From positions 32,001 through 96,000 of the IMG/VR virus record IMGVR_UViG_2595698455_000001: 64,000 nucleotides of DNA. One strand, written 5' to 3'. A model generated the notes under the pieces. That model did not search any database, was not told the DNA's origin, and was given only the letters and a program-made list of their open reading frames with translations. The DNA comes from a virus (lineage: Duplodnaviria > Caudoviricetes). Shown here in pieces: positions 20,101 through 29,326 of the stretch (the stretch's first letter is position 1; each line of letters begins with the position of its first letter). A program made the translations under genes and the position numbers.

Positions 20101-20419
20101 TGTTGTTGACAAAGATATCCAGCAGGTGAGGTGGCTTGTACTGACCGTAGACAGCCTTACGCAGATCATATGACTTCAGGCGAGCAGCCACATACTGGTA
20201 ATTGGGTTTGTCTACAGAGATCAGTGAAGCCGCAGCCTGGATGAGGATATCCTGAATGCGATCTGTTCTCATGTTGTCTGTGAACTGAATCTTCGATGCA
20301 GAGATCACCTCTGACATTGATACACCAGCCAGTCCGTCACATGCGCGGTCTACGACTGCGTGTAGTTTCTCAATATCAAAGGGGACAGAAGATCCGTCCC
20401 GCTTAATGACGTTAATCAT
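17117..20419 (-). CDS. nrdA: ribonucleotide reductase class Ia alpha subunit, intein-containing
   Basis: ATP cone (VIKRDG), PTPIMAG, QFSSC, SNL[intein]CLEI, APTESSS and C-terminal CDSC. Confidence 0.95.
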   Translation of the reverse strand: MINVIKRDGSSVPFDIEKLHAVVDRACDGLAGVSMSEVISASKIQFTDNMRTDRIQDILIQAAASLISVDKPNYQYVAARLKSYDLRKAVYGQYKPPHLLDIFVNNIKRRVYDREFLDLYTTEEFNELNDVINHKRDKNFTWAAMGQLTEKYLLRDRSRKDGKVFYETPQVMYMGIAMALFSNWDKDSRLEMVKKFYEYASTGKFSLPTPIMAGVRTPTRQFSSCVLIKTGDTLDSINATAKTIVDYVSKRAGIGFDFGAIRGIGSPIRGGEMVHTGLIPFIKYLTGALKSCSQGGIRGGAATGYIPLWHYQFDDVVVLKNNRGTEENRERRIDYGIQINRVMFERLVAKQPLYLFDPKDNPDMYEAYFADVDKFRVLYENMIKAADAGICRAKKLQAEEVFQMLLDQRSDTGRIYIAFVDHMNQYSPFNLDTIYSSNLCFTGDTMVAAADGRNMVSIKELADWSSYDKKFPVYSARPSKKNDGGWVTEIKMAKAAKTGVREVVEVLLSNGQTFRCTPDHPLALSDARGDYPYVEARHAVGQKLKGFYTTMSENKYRRINSVSNGLSNQHRMIYEFYDGPLDPGNHIDHIVDDAVVLDEIGNLRSIPAEDNFAKKSASMSGVGNPSNPAVKADKARAVHNCSVRTSMERNPKFKGMSNQDILDLAWEMKDNGEMVTLPRMVKKSPSMPNSFSKNRFGGKFSNLTNMLEVGARTIEPFEHKEKLVVSNVSREAPMEDPTVVSITPAGVEDVYDLTVDDNHNFFIVTNDDPMSSEGILVHNCLEIALPTREFQQYDDESGRVALCTLASFNLTAFEDPTEMEDVAFVLVSALDMLLEYQDYPAIQARKAVEDYRPLGIGIVNVAHFLAKNFTGYGSPAGLEMLDAWMAHLHYYLVKASNRLAMKFGACKRGTIHGMGQVTADLQPLPLDILPNGKKPEGMAYGLDWDELKDDLKTYGIRNATLLAVAPTESSSQVLNATNGIEPPKGLVSVKGSKDGAYKQVVPDVETLGPLYDLKWDLECIEYLKTAAVIQRWVDQSISTNTWYDPEKYPDGKIPRAKMMQDILSFYMWGGKTLYYNTNKDAKEDEELKQAEEPGCDSCIV
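18083..19102 (-). mobile_element. 340-aa intein with an HNH-type endonuclease domain
   Basis: Block A CFTGDT, block B CTPDHP, block F VYDLTVDDNHNF, terminal HN followed by extein C; internal HRMIY...HIDHI...NL motif. Confidence 0.92.
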
Positions 20420-20452
20420 AGCGATCCTCGGTTTGTGTTATAAGCAGGTTTT

Positions 20453-20478
20453 ATTATACGCCGCCCTCGTAGATTGAA
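20453..20478 (-). promoter_or_regulatory. TTCAAT-N14-TATAAT promoter upstream of nrdA
   Basis: Minus strand TTCAAT ctacgagggcggcg TATAAT; related copies near 3490-3517, 8334-8357 and 47658-47682. Confidence 0.7.
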
Positions 20479-20504
20479 GGCGGCGGGGAGTGTTGGTGAG
20501 TTAC

Positions 20505-21347
20505 TTAAATGTCATACAGATCGTTGACTTCCAGCATCAGGCGGGTGAAGTCCCCGCGCCCGTTGCGGTCGGATTTGTCGAATTCGATGATACTGAACGG
20601 CTGAACCCATTCAGGGTACTCATCACCGACGCCAACACCATCGATCTTCAGGGTTCCGGCCTCCAGCTTGGCGTTGAAGTCGCGGAAGGAACCGACGTAC
20701 TTTTCCAGAGCGCTGTCACGCAGGCGCTTGTTGGACTGCTTGATGTCGCCGTTGACAAAGATGTAGGTTGAATCAGATGCGCGGGTCAGCAGGTTCTTCA
20801 GCTGCTCCATATCGCATTCCTGCGCTTCTTCGATGATCAAGAAGGTGTCGTCAAAGGTCATCCCCTTGATGGTTTCCAGGTCCTGGATCTCGATGATGCG
20901 CTTCTCCCACAGGTAGTTGAAGAAACCATCATTGCCTGTGTCGGTCTTCAGCACCTTCTTCAACGTCTGAATCAGGGGCATCAGGTATGGCATGAGTTTT
21001 TCGTACGTGTCGCCAGGACGGAAGCCTGCTGTCTGACCTGTTGGCAGCGGTGATCGCGTGATGACAATCTTGCTGACAACTTTATCGATCAGGAGCTTGG
21101 CGGCGGCTGAGGCACCGCAGTACGATTTACCTGTACCCGCCGGACCGATGGCGATGGTGAGATTTTCTTCAAGAGCAGATTGATAAGCGAGGTTCTGATT
21201 CTCTGAGAGGCCATTGAACGGAGCGATTCTGAAGTCACCCTTGGAGAACTTCATCCAGTCATCTTCTTTCTGGATTGTCTCCTTCTTACGTGCTGACTTG
21301 GTCTTGCCCGCTGGCTTCATACTTACAACTTTGGTGGCAGATTGCAT
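20505..21347 (-). CDS. phoH: PhoH-like ATPase
   Basis: GPAGTGKS, GFRPG, KGMTF, EEAQE and GDIKQ motifs. Confidence 0.9.
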   Translation of the reverse strand: MQSATKVVSMKPAGKTKSARKKETIQKEDDWMKFSKGDFRIAPFNGLSENQNLAYQSALEENLTIAIGPAGTGKSYCGASAAAKLLIDKVVSKIVITRSPLPTGQTAGFRPGDTYEKLMPYLMPLIQTLKKVLKTDTGNDGFFNYLWEKRIIEIQDLETIKGMTFDDTFLIIEEAQECDMEQLKNLLTRASDSTYIFVNGDIKQSNKRLRDSALEKYVGSFRDFNAKLEAGTLKIDGVGVGDEYPEWVQPFSIIEFDKSDRNGRGDFTRLMLEVNDLYDI

Positions 21348-21451
21348 GGGAACCTTCCTATATCTCAGGGGTGTCATCAACCTTAATTAAGGCGACACAC
21401 CCAGCATACCCGAGGCTTGGATAAAGAAAAAGGCCGTTTCCGGCCTTGTGA

Positions 21452-22246
21452 TTAATTGAAGCTGTTGTATGCTGCTGCGAGCTTCGTGTCGTACTGGTTC
21501 TTGGCATACGCCGGACCATTATAGCGCCGCGCGAACTCAGCCCAATTCTTGTCCTTCAGAGCCTGCCAGAGCTTGGCATCAGCCTTGATGAACTTCACGA
21601 ATGCCATCAGGTGAGCACGTTCTCCCGTCAGGAAGTCATTGAACATCTCCTTGGCGTTGGCATACCCGCAGACCTGGCAGTTGAAGCCCATGATCTGGAA
21701 GAGGCCGTATGAAGCGCTCTCGTACGCACAATCCTCGTCGATGTTGATCGCTGCGTGGAGTCGATCCAATTCTGCGTCACCTCCCGTGTACCCGCCTGCA
21801 ACCGGGCTGACCAGAGTCGGATACATCTGACCCATGGCATTCGCTCGAGCCTGTCCGAACTTTGCCATCAGTTTCTTATACATGATGTGACGCTCGAACA
21901 ATGTCTTGATCTTGCCTGACTTGGTGAAGCCTGTGCCACGGGATTCAACCTGGTTGACTGCCTTCACAGAAGCGAGGTCGACGCCCAGCTGATTGGCCGC
22001 CTCGATAAGGTCAGCCTCAGTCAGGTGATCCTGATGCGCTTCCCCGGCGTTGCGAATAGCATAGGAGGTCTTTGGACCCACGATACCATCAATGACAAGC
22101 CCCGCACCCGCCTGAACGGTCTTGACAGCGTTCTCTGTTGCCTTACCAAAGATGCCGTCAGCGACGAGGGTGAAGCCGATTTTGTTGAGGCTATCCTGAA
22201 GTGCCTTCACTTCAGTGCCACGGTTGCCAAGTTTTAGAATGGCCAT
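21452..22246 (-). CDS. modular endolysin (PG-binding domain plus N-acetylmuramidase)
   Basis: DGIFGKAT and DGIVGPKT PG-binding repeats; VESRG, LFERH, SYGLFQIMGFN and FARRYNGP motifs. Confidence 0.92.
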   Translation of the reverse strand: MAILKLGNRGTEVKALQDSLNKIGFTLVADGIFGKATENAVKTVQAGAGLVIDGIVGPKTSYAIRNAGEAHQDHLTEADLIEAANQLGVDLASVKAVNQVESRGTGFTKSGKIKTLFERHIMYKKLMAKFGQARANAMGQMYPTLVSPVAGGYTGGDAELDRLHAAINIDEDCAYESASYGLFQIMGFNCQVCGYANAKEMFNDFLTGERAHLMAFVKFIKADAKLWQALKDKNWAEFARRYNGPAYAKNQYDTKLAAAYNSFN

Positions 22247-22313
22247 AAGAAAATACCTCCGCAATGAATGCGAAGGTATTTAAAGTGAAAGTGAACTACT
22301 TGAGGAACTGATG

Positions 22314-22619
22314 TTACAGACTGGACAAAATGGTGTTCAGTTTAACGATCCGCATTTCTATGCGTTTCTTCAGATCTTGATATGCTTCCCGTAAAGAAGG
22401 ATTCGGTGTGCCTTTCTCTTCTCCACCATACATCTGGGCGGTCCAGAGTCCGGTGTCTTCCCAGTAGAAGAGCACTGCAACAGATTCTTCGCTATCGATC
22501 ATGATAGCGTTGTCTTCACCTGGTCGGTCACTGAATGACTGATGTTTCCATTGTTTGCCAGTCATTTCCTTCAGAACCAGGCAAGCGGCGATACCGATTT
22601 GCTCGAGAGTCACTTTCAT
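22314..22619 (-). CDS. hypothetical protein
   Basis: 101-aa ORF, ATGA coupling. Confidence 0.65.
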   Translation of the reverse strand: MKVTLEQIGIAACLVLKEMTGKQWKHQSFSDRPGEDNAIMIDSEESVAVLFYWEDTGLWTAQMYGGEEKGTPNPSLREAYQDLKKRIEMRIVKLNTILSSL

Positions 22620-22804
22620 CTTGCTACCACCACAGGCATGACTTCGTTGAAGGAAGTACGAACTTCGGTGTCGTACCCGTATTTTTCCAGGACTGCTAAC
22701 ATCGCCTGCTCGAGTTCCTCTTGGAACTGAGGGAAGACTTTGTTCGGAATGCGGTCAGCAACCCAGAGAGCGCCTGAAGAGGCTTGAATGACAGCGCGGG
22801 ACAT
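22616..22804 (-). CDS. hypothetical protein
   Basis: 62-aa ORF with AGGAG SD. Confidence 0.65.
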   Translation of the reverse strand: MSRAVIQASSGALWVADRIPNKVFPQFQEELEQAMLAVLEKYGYDTEVRTSFNEVMPVVVAR

Positions 22805-22865
22805 GGTAATCTCCTACCAAAAATCTGAATGGGAGGGGAGTTTCCTCCCCTGTCATGCGTCTGGC

Positions 22866-23354
22866 TTAGGCCAGTTTGCTCACCAGAGCTTCAACCGCAG
22901 CGGCGTTCAGTTTACCCATTTTGACGTATTGGGTTTTCGCTTCGCCACCAGCTGCTTTCACGATGTCTTCGTTTGCGTAGCCTTTCTTAGGGAAGACCAT
23001 CACAGAGAAGGAACCGTTGTTCAGTGGGTTCAGCTGGATGCGGCCTTTACCGACTACGATGGTGCCGTAAGTTTCGGTATTCGCTTCGACAACGTGGATG
23101 TCGTGACCCAGGCTTTTCAGCATGCCAACTTTGTCGGCAGTCTTAGCAACCACAGCTTTGTCAACCACAGCCTGCTCGATCAGAGTGAAGCCGTTGGTCG
23201 CTTTCACTTTGCCGTTCAGCAGGTTCATGAAGGAAGTTTTGCCACCAGTGAAGCCAGCTGCCTGAGCGATGCGGAACATTTCGACTTTAGCAACTTCGGT
23301 GTTCAGTTCGAAAGAGATGGTGCCGTTGGTGATCAGAGTTTTGGTAGTCGCCAT
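22866..23354 (-). CDS. hypothetical protein, probably highly expressed
   Basis: Strong codon bias, GAGGA SD before MATTK, early promoter at about 23428-23460. Confidence 0.75.
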   Translation of the reverse strand: MATTKTLITNGTISFELNTEVAKVEMFRIAQAAGFTGGKTSFMNLLNGKVKATNGFTLIEQAVVDKAVVAKTADKVGMLKSLGHDIHVVEANTETYGTIVVGKGRIQLNPLNNGSFSVMVFPKKGYANEDIVKAAGGEAKTQYVKMGKLNAAAVEALVSKLA

Positions 23355-23547
23355 GATGTAATTCCTCATAATGTAGTTGGTTCGTTTCACTTTTCATTCG
23401 GCGGTGTGTTACCGCCCTATGTGAACTATAATAGTGCATCGTTATTGAAGAGTAAAGTCTTTTCAATAATTTTTTAAAATATTTTTGAAGTATTTTAAAG
23501 GCCTCATTCGACGAGGCCTGGAGGGAAGTAATGTGAAGTAAAAAGTT

Positions 23548-23753
23548 TTAGTTCGGGCGAACTCTTACAAACTCACGAGCCAATTCGGCCTGGTCAGCAC
23601 TGATGGGCCCCCATGAAAGTCCGCCTGACCATTCTTCCAGCCATGGATGAAACTCGGAGTCTCTTCACCAGATAGAGCGTATCCCTTGCGGGACATCTCA
23701 TACCCGCGCTGGATCTCACCGTCGTCCAGTTTGTTCAGTTCTTCTAACGTCAT
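23548..23753 (-). CDS. small hypothetical protein, apparently frameshifted near 23610
   Basis: After a G/C run an alternative frame reads ISADQAELAREFVRVRPN*. Confidence 0.5.
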
Positions 23754-24811
23754 CGCACTTTCCTCAGTTCAGCAAATTGTAATGAGGCGGCCATCCCCTG
23801 GTAGACGTTCTGGGCAATCAGCTTCAGGAGGTCTCGTATGGCCATGTTACCCTTTGTCGGCATGACCATATCGTTGATGTCCTTCCACGGAATGTTCGGC
23901 GGGAAGAGGACGACCTTGACACCTTTATCTATCATCTTCTGAATGCCATCACACACCTGTGGGTTCCGGTACTGGTTGTCAGGGATATAGATGTCGCCCT
24001 TCACACTCAATAAATCGGCGTCGGCTGATGCAAGACAGTTGGGCAGGAACAGACTGTCAATCGGACCTTCCACAACCAGCTTGGTCTTGTGAATGTTCAC
24101 CCGGTCTTCACCATACACCTTCGTGTCTTCATCGCGTGGCTTGACAGTAGAGTACCGGAGCACACCATCACGTACTTCGAATGCACGTCCCTGAACGATC
24201 TTCATGCGACCATCCTGAGTCCAGAATGGGATTACCAGACGCTCATCATCGGGGATCTTCAGCTGCTTCTCAGGGTTCGTTTCGAACTGCAGTAGATCCT
24301 GACGGAAGTTCTGGGTGTAATACAGGAGGGGCAACGTGCTCTCCGGCATTCCCCTCCCCTGTACGTACTGTCGAGCCTTATGCTCAGGCGGTAGAAGATC
24401 AAGGCGCAGCATATTGCCGAAGAGGCTCTCATCGCGTTTCGCCGCCACTGAGCCAATACGGGCGGTCTGTGTCAGCTTTGGCAACGGCTTCAGGGAAGGA
24501 AGTGGTCTGCCCGACGTATCACCCAGCAGGCGGAACTTCTCCATGTTGTACTCGGATGAGAGGCGTTCGTCGAACTTCTTCAGCCAGAACTCAAACGCCC
24601 AGCCATTCATGTTATGGCAGTTATGACATTTAAACCGGAAACAATCATTATCTCGATCGAAGAAAAAATAACCGCGTCGCTTATTAGCACTTTTTAGAGA
24701 ATCTCCACAAAGCGGGCATCTAAAATTTGCGACAGACCCAACGCGTTCCCACTTGAATTTATCGAGTCTGGGAGCAACATAATTTATGAATTGTTCGTCG
24801 AGAAATTTCAT
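23750..24811 (-). CDS. DNA primase (T4 gp61-like)
   Basis: NFRCPLCGDS...CHNC zinc finger, QGR, VEGPIDSLF and KDINDM motifs. Confidence 0.93.
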   Translation of the reverse strand: MKFLDEQFINYVAPRLDKFKWERVGSVANFRCPLCGDSLKSANKRRGYFFFDRDNDCFRFKCHNCHNMNGWAFEFWLKKFDERLSSEYNMEKFRLLGDTSGRPLPSLKPLPKLTQTARIGSVAAKRDESLFGNMLRLDLLPPEHKARQYVQGRGMPESTLPLLYYTQNFRQDLLQFETNPEKQLKIPDDERLVIPFWTQDGRMKIVQGRAFEVRDGVLRYSTVKPRDEDTKVYGEDRVNIHKTKLVVEGPIDSLFLPNCLASADADLLSVKGDIYIPDNQYRNPQVCDGIQKMIDKGVKVVLFPPNIPWKDINDMVMPTKGNMAIRDLLKLIAQNVYQGMAASLQFAELRKVR

Positions 24812-25464
24812 TTGTGTTCCTCAGAGAATTGCAACCAATCCGCGTCTTTCCTTGGTTTCCAACCCAATTCCAATTTTGTTTTTATGGTGGAAACCGTTCC
24901 GTATGATGTCGGCGTTTTGCAAGCATTAAAAAGGTCGATAACTCTTAAAAATTTCCCTGTGATGTACAAGTCATAAATTTCTCCAGCCGCCAACCAATTT
25001 TTATGGGTTCCTCGGCTAATATTGGTCGGGTTCCTCCATGCAGGTATCCCCTTCATTGGGTTATTCTCTCCAGTCATGGAATTAGATATTGACAATTTGG
25101 CGGATTCTGTATGGCTTCTATCCTTTATTTTCAGAGAATGCCTTTTCCGTTTTTGTGGATCTTTCGCTTTCTCCCCGGCTGTTGTACACAACAATTCCCT
25201 CCTGACGGCAAACTCTTTATTGTTTGGAGGATTAGAAGTCAAGTGGCGCATCTTTTTAAATGCGCTGACCATCACCCCGCCATGAATTTTGGCCAACAGA
25301 AGATGAATAATATAATGTTCAGATGCTGTGAGAGAAACTTTGTTGTAGTTCCTGTCTTCACCACCAAGAGATAGAGGGATGACGTGGTGATTTTCCTTGT
25401 AACCAGTTAAAATTCTATCTCTGGCTCTGGTTATTATAGCGTTATGAATTTTTTGATAGTTCAT
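24808..25464 (-). mobile_element. free-standing HNH homing endonuclease (Mob-like)
   Basis: MNYQKIH...ENHHVIPLSLGG...N...EHYIIHLLLAKIH, GENNPMKG motif, AT-rich. Confidence 0.88.
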
Positions 25465-26078
25465 TAGATCTTCGGCCTCTGGAACACTTCGGTCACAGTA
25501 TAGTCTACACCACGACTTTGAGCTATACACAGTTGACGCCAAGCCCCATACAGGATATTCTGTTCTCCAGCCGTGTTGCGCTCAAAGTGGGCGAAGCCAT
25601 ACAGGAGGTCCATGTAACTGCGCATATGACGAGTGACAGATCTGCCTCTCTTTATCTGCTCATCAAGATACTTCTGATAATGCTCTGGTGATGACAGTGA
25701 AGAGTATTGCATGTCCGGGACATGAACGGGCATCAAAGACTTGCGAGACGTGAAGTAGAACAGCCCCCACTTCGGCGGCAGGTCTTCAACCCTGATCACA
25801 TCCTGAGGACAGACATAAAAGCGGTACGCGCCCATGCCTGTTGTAGGATCCATTCGATGAGGCTTCTTCTTCTTATCGGTGAGGAAGTCGGCGCGAGACA
25901 CCTTTACTTCCATGAGGATAGAGCAACCACCGGAACGGAACCCGATGGCATCAGGTGATTCTTTGTTGTCAAACGAATTTGGCTCGATGAAGACTGCACC
26001 ACAGTTCATGCGACCGCGCAGGTAGTTGGCCGCGATCTCACATCCTTCACGATGTGATGGGGTAAAGATTTTGCTCAT
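25464..26078 (-). CDS. PD-(D/E)XK-fold protein (MmcB-like)
   Basis: ESPDAIG...MEVKVSRADFL.D, RFYVCP and LPPKWGL motifs. Confidence 0.65.
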   Translation of the reverse strand: MSKIFTPSHREGCEIAANYLRGRMNCGAVFIEPNSFDNKESPDAIGFRSGGCSILMEVKVSRADFLTDKKKKPHRMDPTTGMGAYRFYVCPQDVIRVEDLPPKWGLFYFTSRKSLMPVHVPDMQYSSLSSPEHYQKYLDEQIKRGRSVTRHMRSYMDLLYGFAHFERNTAGEQNILYGAWRQLCIAQSRGVDYTVTEVFQRPKI

Positions 26079-26135
26079 TGTCCTTTCCTTTCGGTGAATA
26101 ATGAGCAAAATTATATGCCTTTATTTCGTATTGAC

Positions 26136-26489
26136 TTACGACAGCTGCTTCAGTTTGTAGAGAGTCTGATAGCACAACGTCTTGATTTCATCAAGCGTGT
26201 TCTGAAGGTGGGAGTCACACTGCCTGTAGATGCCATCGATGTCCAGGGCTACGCTGTTGACGTAAGCAATGGGATCTGGATTGTAGAGCTTGATGTTCTC
26301 AAACGACGGAACGTATTGACCACCCGCGCCGATGTACGCCTCTGTGAACGTGTCTAGCAAGTCCTCCAGATCCCCGTAGAACTCCCCGAGAGCTTTGTGC
26401 TTGGCATAGGACGTTGTAACGAAGTGGAGGGCATGAGAGTGGGCTATAGCAAGCAGTCCACGGTTGATGAAAATACTCGCGTTAACCAT
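26136..26489 (-). CDS. ferritin/Dps-like four-helix protein
   Basis: HALHF...SYAKHKALGEFY...DTFTEAY...YKLKQL; CTAAATAC motif upstream. Confidence 0.6.
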   Translation of the reverse strand: MVNASIFINRGLLAIAHSHALHFVTTSYAKHKALGEFYGDLEDLLDTFTEAYIGAGGQYVPSFENIKLYNPDPIAYVNSVALDIDGIYRQCDSHLQNTLDEIKTLCYQTLYKLKQLS

Positions 26490-26539
26490 GATTTGTTTCC
26501 TCAGTAAAAGAAATCCCCCTGTATTTAGGGGGATTGTAA

Positions 26540-26779
26540 TCACGGCTTGACCAGAGTCATCTTGACGGTTTCACCCGTGTCGGTGTCTGTTAGGGTCATG
26601 ACGTCTTGTGCGTTCACAGACTTCACTTTCCCCTGCCGCTTGTCGCCGTTGCGATTGTAGTAATCGATCAGCTCACCTTTGGTCGGTCGACCAACGTCAG
26701 TGATGTCGTACTGACCGCGCTTGCCCAGCGCCCGATGGTCTGTTGCTTCCTTCAGTAGGAAGTCTTGAAACCCTTTCAT
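26540..26779 (-). CDS. putative internal head protein
   Basis: N-terminus MKGFQDFLLKE resembles the T4 capsid-targeting sequence. Confidence 0.6.
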   Translation of the reverse strand: MKGFQDFLLKEATDHRALGKRGQYDITDVGRPTKGELIDYYNRNGDKRQGKVKSVNAQDVMTLTDTDTGETVKMTLVKP

Positions 26780-26788
26780 ACAACCTCC

Positions 26789-27358
26789 TTAGACGGGCTT
26801 AACGCCGAGGAACTTGGCGATATCAGCAGCCAGGGTTTTGCCCTTGCTGATGTCCTGCTCTTTGCCGTTGCAGGTGACGATCACATACGGGTCGTCTTCA
26901 CCACCGAAGTTCACAGTGATCGCTTTACCATGGCCAGGGATACCGGAGTATTCGAACTCGGTGCGACCACTCTTGCGAGACTTGCCAACGCCCAGCGCGT
27001 TGCCGATCATCTTGTCCATGTTCGCCAGTTCCTGAGCATAGGCTTCAGTCACCTGGCCTTTGTCAGCAGACTTGCCAAAGAAGAATTCGAAGCCATCGTG
27101 AACGGCAACAACTTCTTGGCCTTGGGTGATGCCGTGAGTCTGATCTGGGGTCAGCTTCACCTTGATGGTGTTGCCATTGGTTAACTCCAGGTTGTAGACG
27201 TCCGCCTGATTGTCAGGGGTGATTTGGGTCACAGTAGCGCCGGAGCACCACTGAGTGCCATCAGCCTGTTTGGTGATGGATACACTTTTGCCCTGGACGC
27301 CAGCATGGGTCTGAGGCTGAGCAGCTTGCTCGTTGAAATATTGAATGAACGGTTTCAT
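26789..27358 (-). CDS. putative internal head protein
   Basis: N-terminus MKPFIQYFNE; TATAAATA late promoter at 27383-27390. Confidence 0.65.
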   Translation of the reverse strand: MKPFIQYFNEQAAQPQTHAGVQGKSVSITKQADGTQWCSGATVTQITPDNQADVYNLELTNGNTIKVKLTPDQTHGITQGQEVVAVHDGFEFFFGKSADKGQVTEAYAQELANMDKMIGNALGVGKSRKSGRTEFEYSGIPGHGKAITVNFGGEDDPYVIVTCNGKEQDISKGKTLAADIAKFLGVKPV

Positions 27359-27414
27359 CTTAATCTCCTCGGGGATTTCAGTTATTTATAAGCCCCCGAA
27401 GGGGCTTTAGATGA

Positions 27415-29011
27415 TCAGATCTTAATCTGCATGTTGCCGCCCAGGGACTGCTCATACTCACTGTACGCGCTTTCCCCGTTGCTTGCAGACCATTCGTCCG
27501 ACTGCTGGGCACGAGCCAGAGTCATCAGGTTTGGCTCGGTCGGGTTGTATCCCTTGGACTTCGCATCCTGATACAGAGTCTGCAGGTACTGGTTGGCACG
27601 GTCGATCTGAGCCTTGAACTCATGGAAAGCACCTTCTGTTGTGTTGCGGCGGAAGGTGATATCCCAATCCACGTTCAGGGTCTGCGCATCACGACTGGCA
27701 TAGATCTGCCAATCCAGGTCGCGGCCTTTTGGAGCGTTGTCGCGGATGGAACCAGCGTATGCCGCAAGGTCGACACCAGTCTTCTTACTGCTGACCGTAA
27801 CAAGAGGTGCCAGCTTGTCGACTGCTGATTGGACGATCGCGGTCAGTTTTGACGGTCGGGTGATATCAATATCACGAATGACAATCGGCTGACCGATCGT
27901 TTCTCCGCGAGGACCAAGTTCAGTGACTGCCTTGACAGTCAAAAATACAGGATCTTCGGCCTTGGTGACTCCACGGTTCAAGGTTGCTGTCACAGCACCT
28001 CTGCCACCGAAAGTTACACTACCGGAAGCCATAGTTCTGGAGGATACACCGCGCATTTCTTTGACTTTGTAGAATGCGTTTACCAGAGTACGCCAACGGT
28101 CGGTTGTGAGTTCTGCTGCGGTAGCCCGAGACGCAGGCATAATATTTTTAGAATTCCACCAAGATTCTGCTGCTGATGTGAATTTGTTCAGCACACCATT
28201 TGGGATCGCAGGTAGTTTCAATTTCTGTGCGATTTCTGCAACGTCTGTGCCTTCGATTTCTTTGAAATTCACTGCTTTAGAAGATCCCGAATACATTCCG
28301 TAGATTGGGGAAAATCTGAGACCTATGCCGCCCAGGAGCATACCTTTGTCATCGCGGTAATCGATGTGTGGATTACCATCAGGAGCGACTTGGTTGGACC
28401 AGCCAGTAGCCACACCAGCATCAGAGGTATTGCTCTGAACCGGAACGTCGCCGACCTTGTCTGGGTCATCCCGGGTGATGCCCTGCATCTTCGGACCGTC
28501 GAATACCTGAGCCGGGTCTTTACCCTTCTTGACAAGCCACACATAACCACGGTCGGGGACAGGCGCGTAGGTCAGGTCCATGACATTGAGTTTCTGCTTC
28601 AGGCCAGACTGGCGGATGATCTTCGGAATCAGGGTCATGCCGCGTTCCAGGGCTTTCTTGGAGAAGTTCACAGCATAACCGTCGATGGTCTTGCCTAGAG
28701 GGGTCGGCCAGGAACTGCTTGGTCGCTTCGATCATGGAGGCGATGACGCGCATTGGGTTCTTGAAGCGAGTGATAGCATCTGGATAGACGGAGCCGCGCT
28801 TCTGGCCGATGAAGACCTGGCGGACGTTCTTGCCAAGACCTTGTGGGGTATAGAACTGAATGCGGTATTCCTTTTCATCTTCGTCTATGAAGGTGAAGAA
28901 CACATCGCCTGCGTTCTTCTTGCCCATGGTCAGCTCATACGGAGCAGAGTTGAACGCTTCGTCCAACTGGTCTTTCTCCTGCATGAACTGGAGGAAACTT
29001 GGCTTTGACAT
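27415..29011 (-). pseudogene. putative virion protein split by a single frameshift near 28705
   Basis: ORF 29011-28520 reads sensibly to ATKQFLA; the neighbouring frame continues PLGKTIDGYAVNFSKKALERG into ORF 28671-27415. Confidence 0.65.
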
Positions 29012-29055
29012 TTTGTATCTCCTGATGGAATATGGCGGTTTCCCTTAATTAGCGA

Positions 29056-29304
29056 TCAGCCGCGCAATTGTTGTTGGATAAAGTGGGCGGATCTGTCAAA
29101 GGTTAACACATTCCCATCGACTGTTTCTACGCTGAGAGCCTCGTCCACCCGGTAACGCTGTCCATTCTTATTGAAGTAGACGAAGAAATTGCCGTGGCGT
29201 TCCACGATGTCAATCTCTGTGATACCAGACACTTCGGGCAAGTTGGTTACGATAGACTGGATAATGCGAGTTAATTTTTCCATGATATATTTCCTCAAAT
29301 ACAA
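29056..29304 (-). CDS. hypothetical protein
   Basis: ORF with GAGG SD before MEKLT. Confidence 0.6.
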   Translation of the reverse strand: MYLRKYIMEKLTRIIQSIVTNLPEVSGITEIDIVERHGNFFVYFNKNGQRYRVDEALSVETVDGNVLTFDRSAHFIQQQLRG

Positions 29305-29326
29305 AGGGAGCCGAAGCCCCCTTGTC

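Noticed and set aside
20453-20478. TTCAAT-N14-TATAAT and CTAAATACCCC motifs as novel regulators
   Set aside because: To my recollection these are already described as conserved promoter motifs of Vi1-like phages
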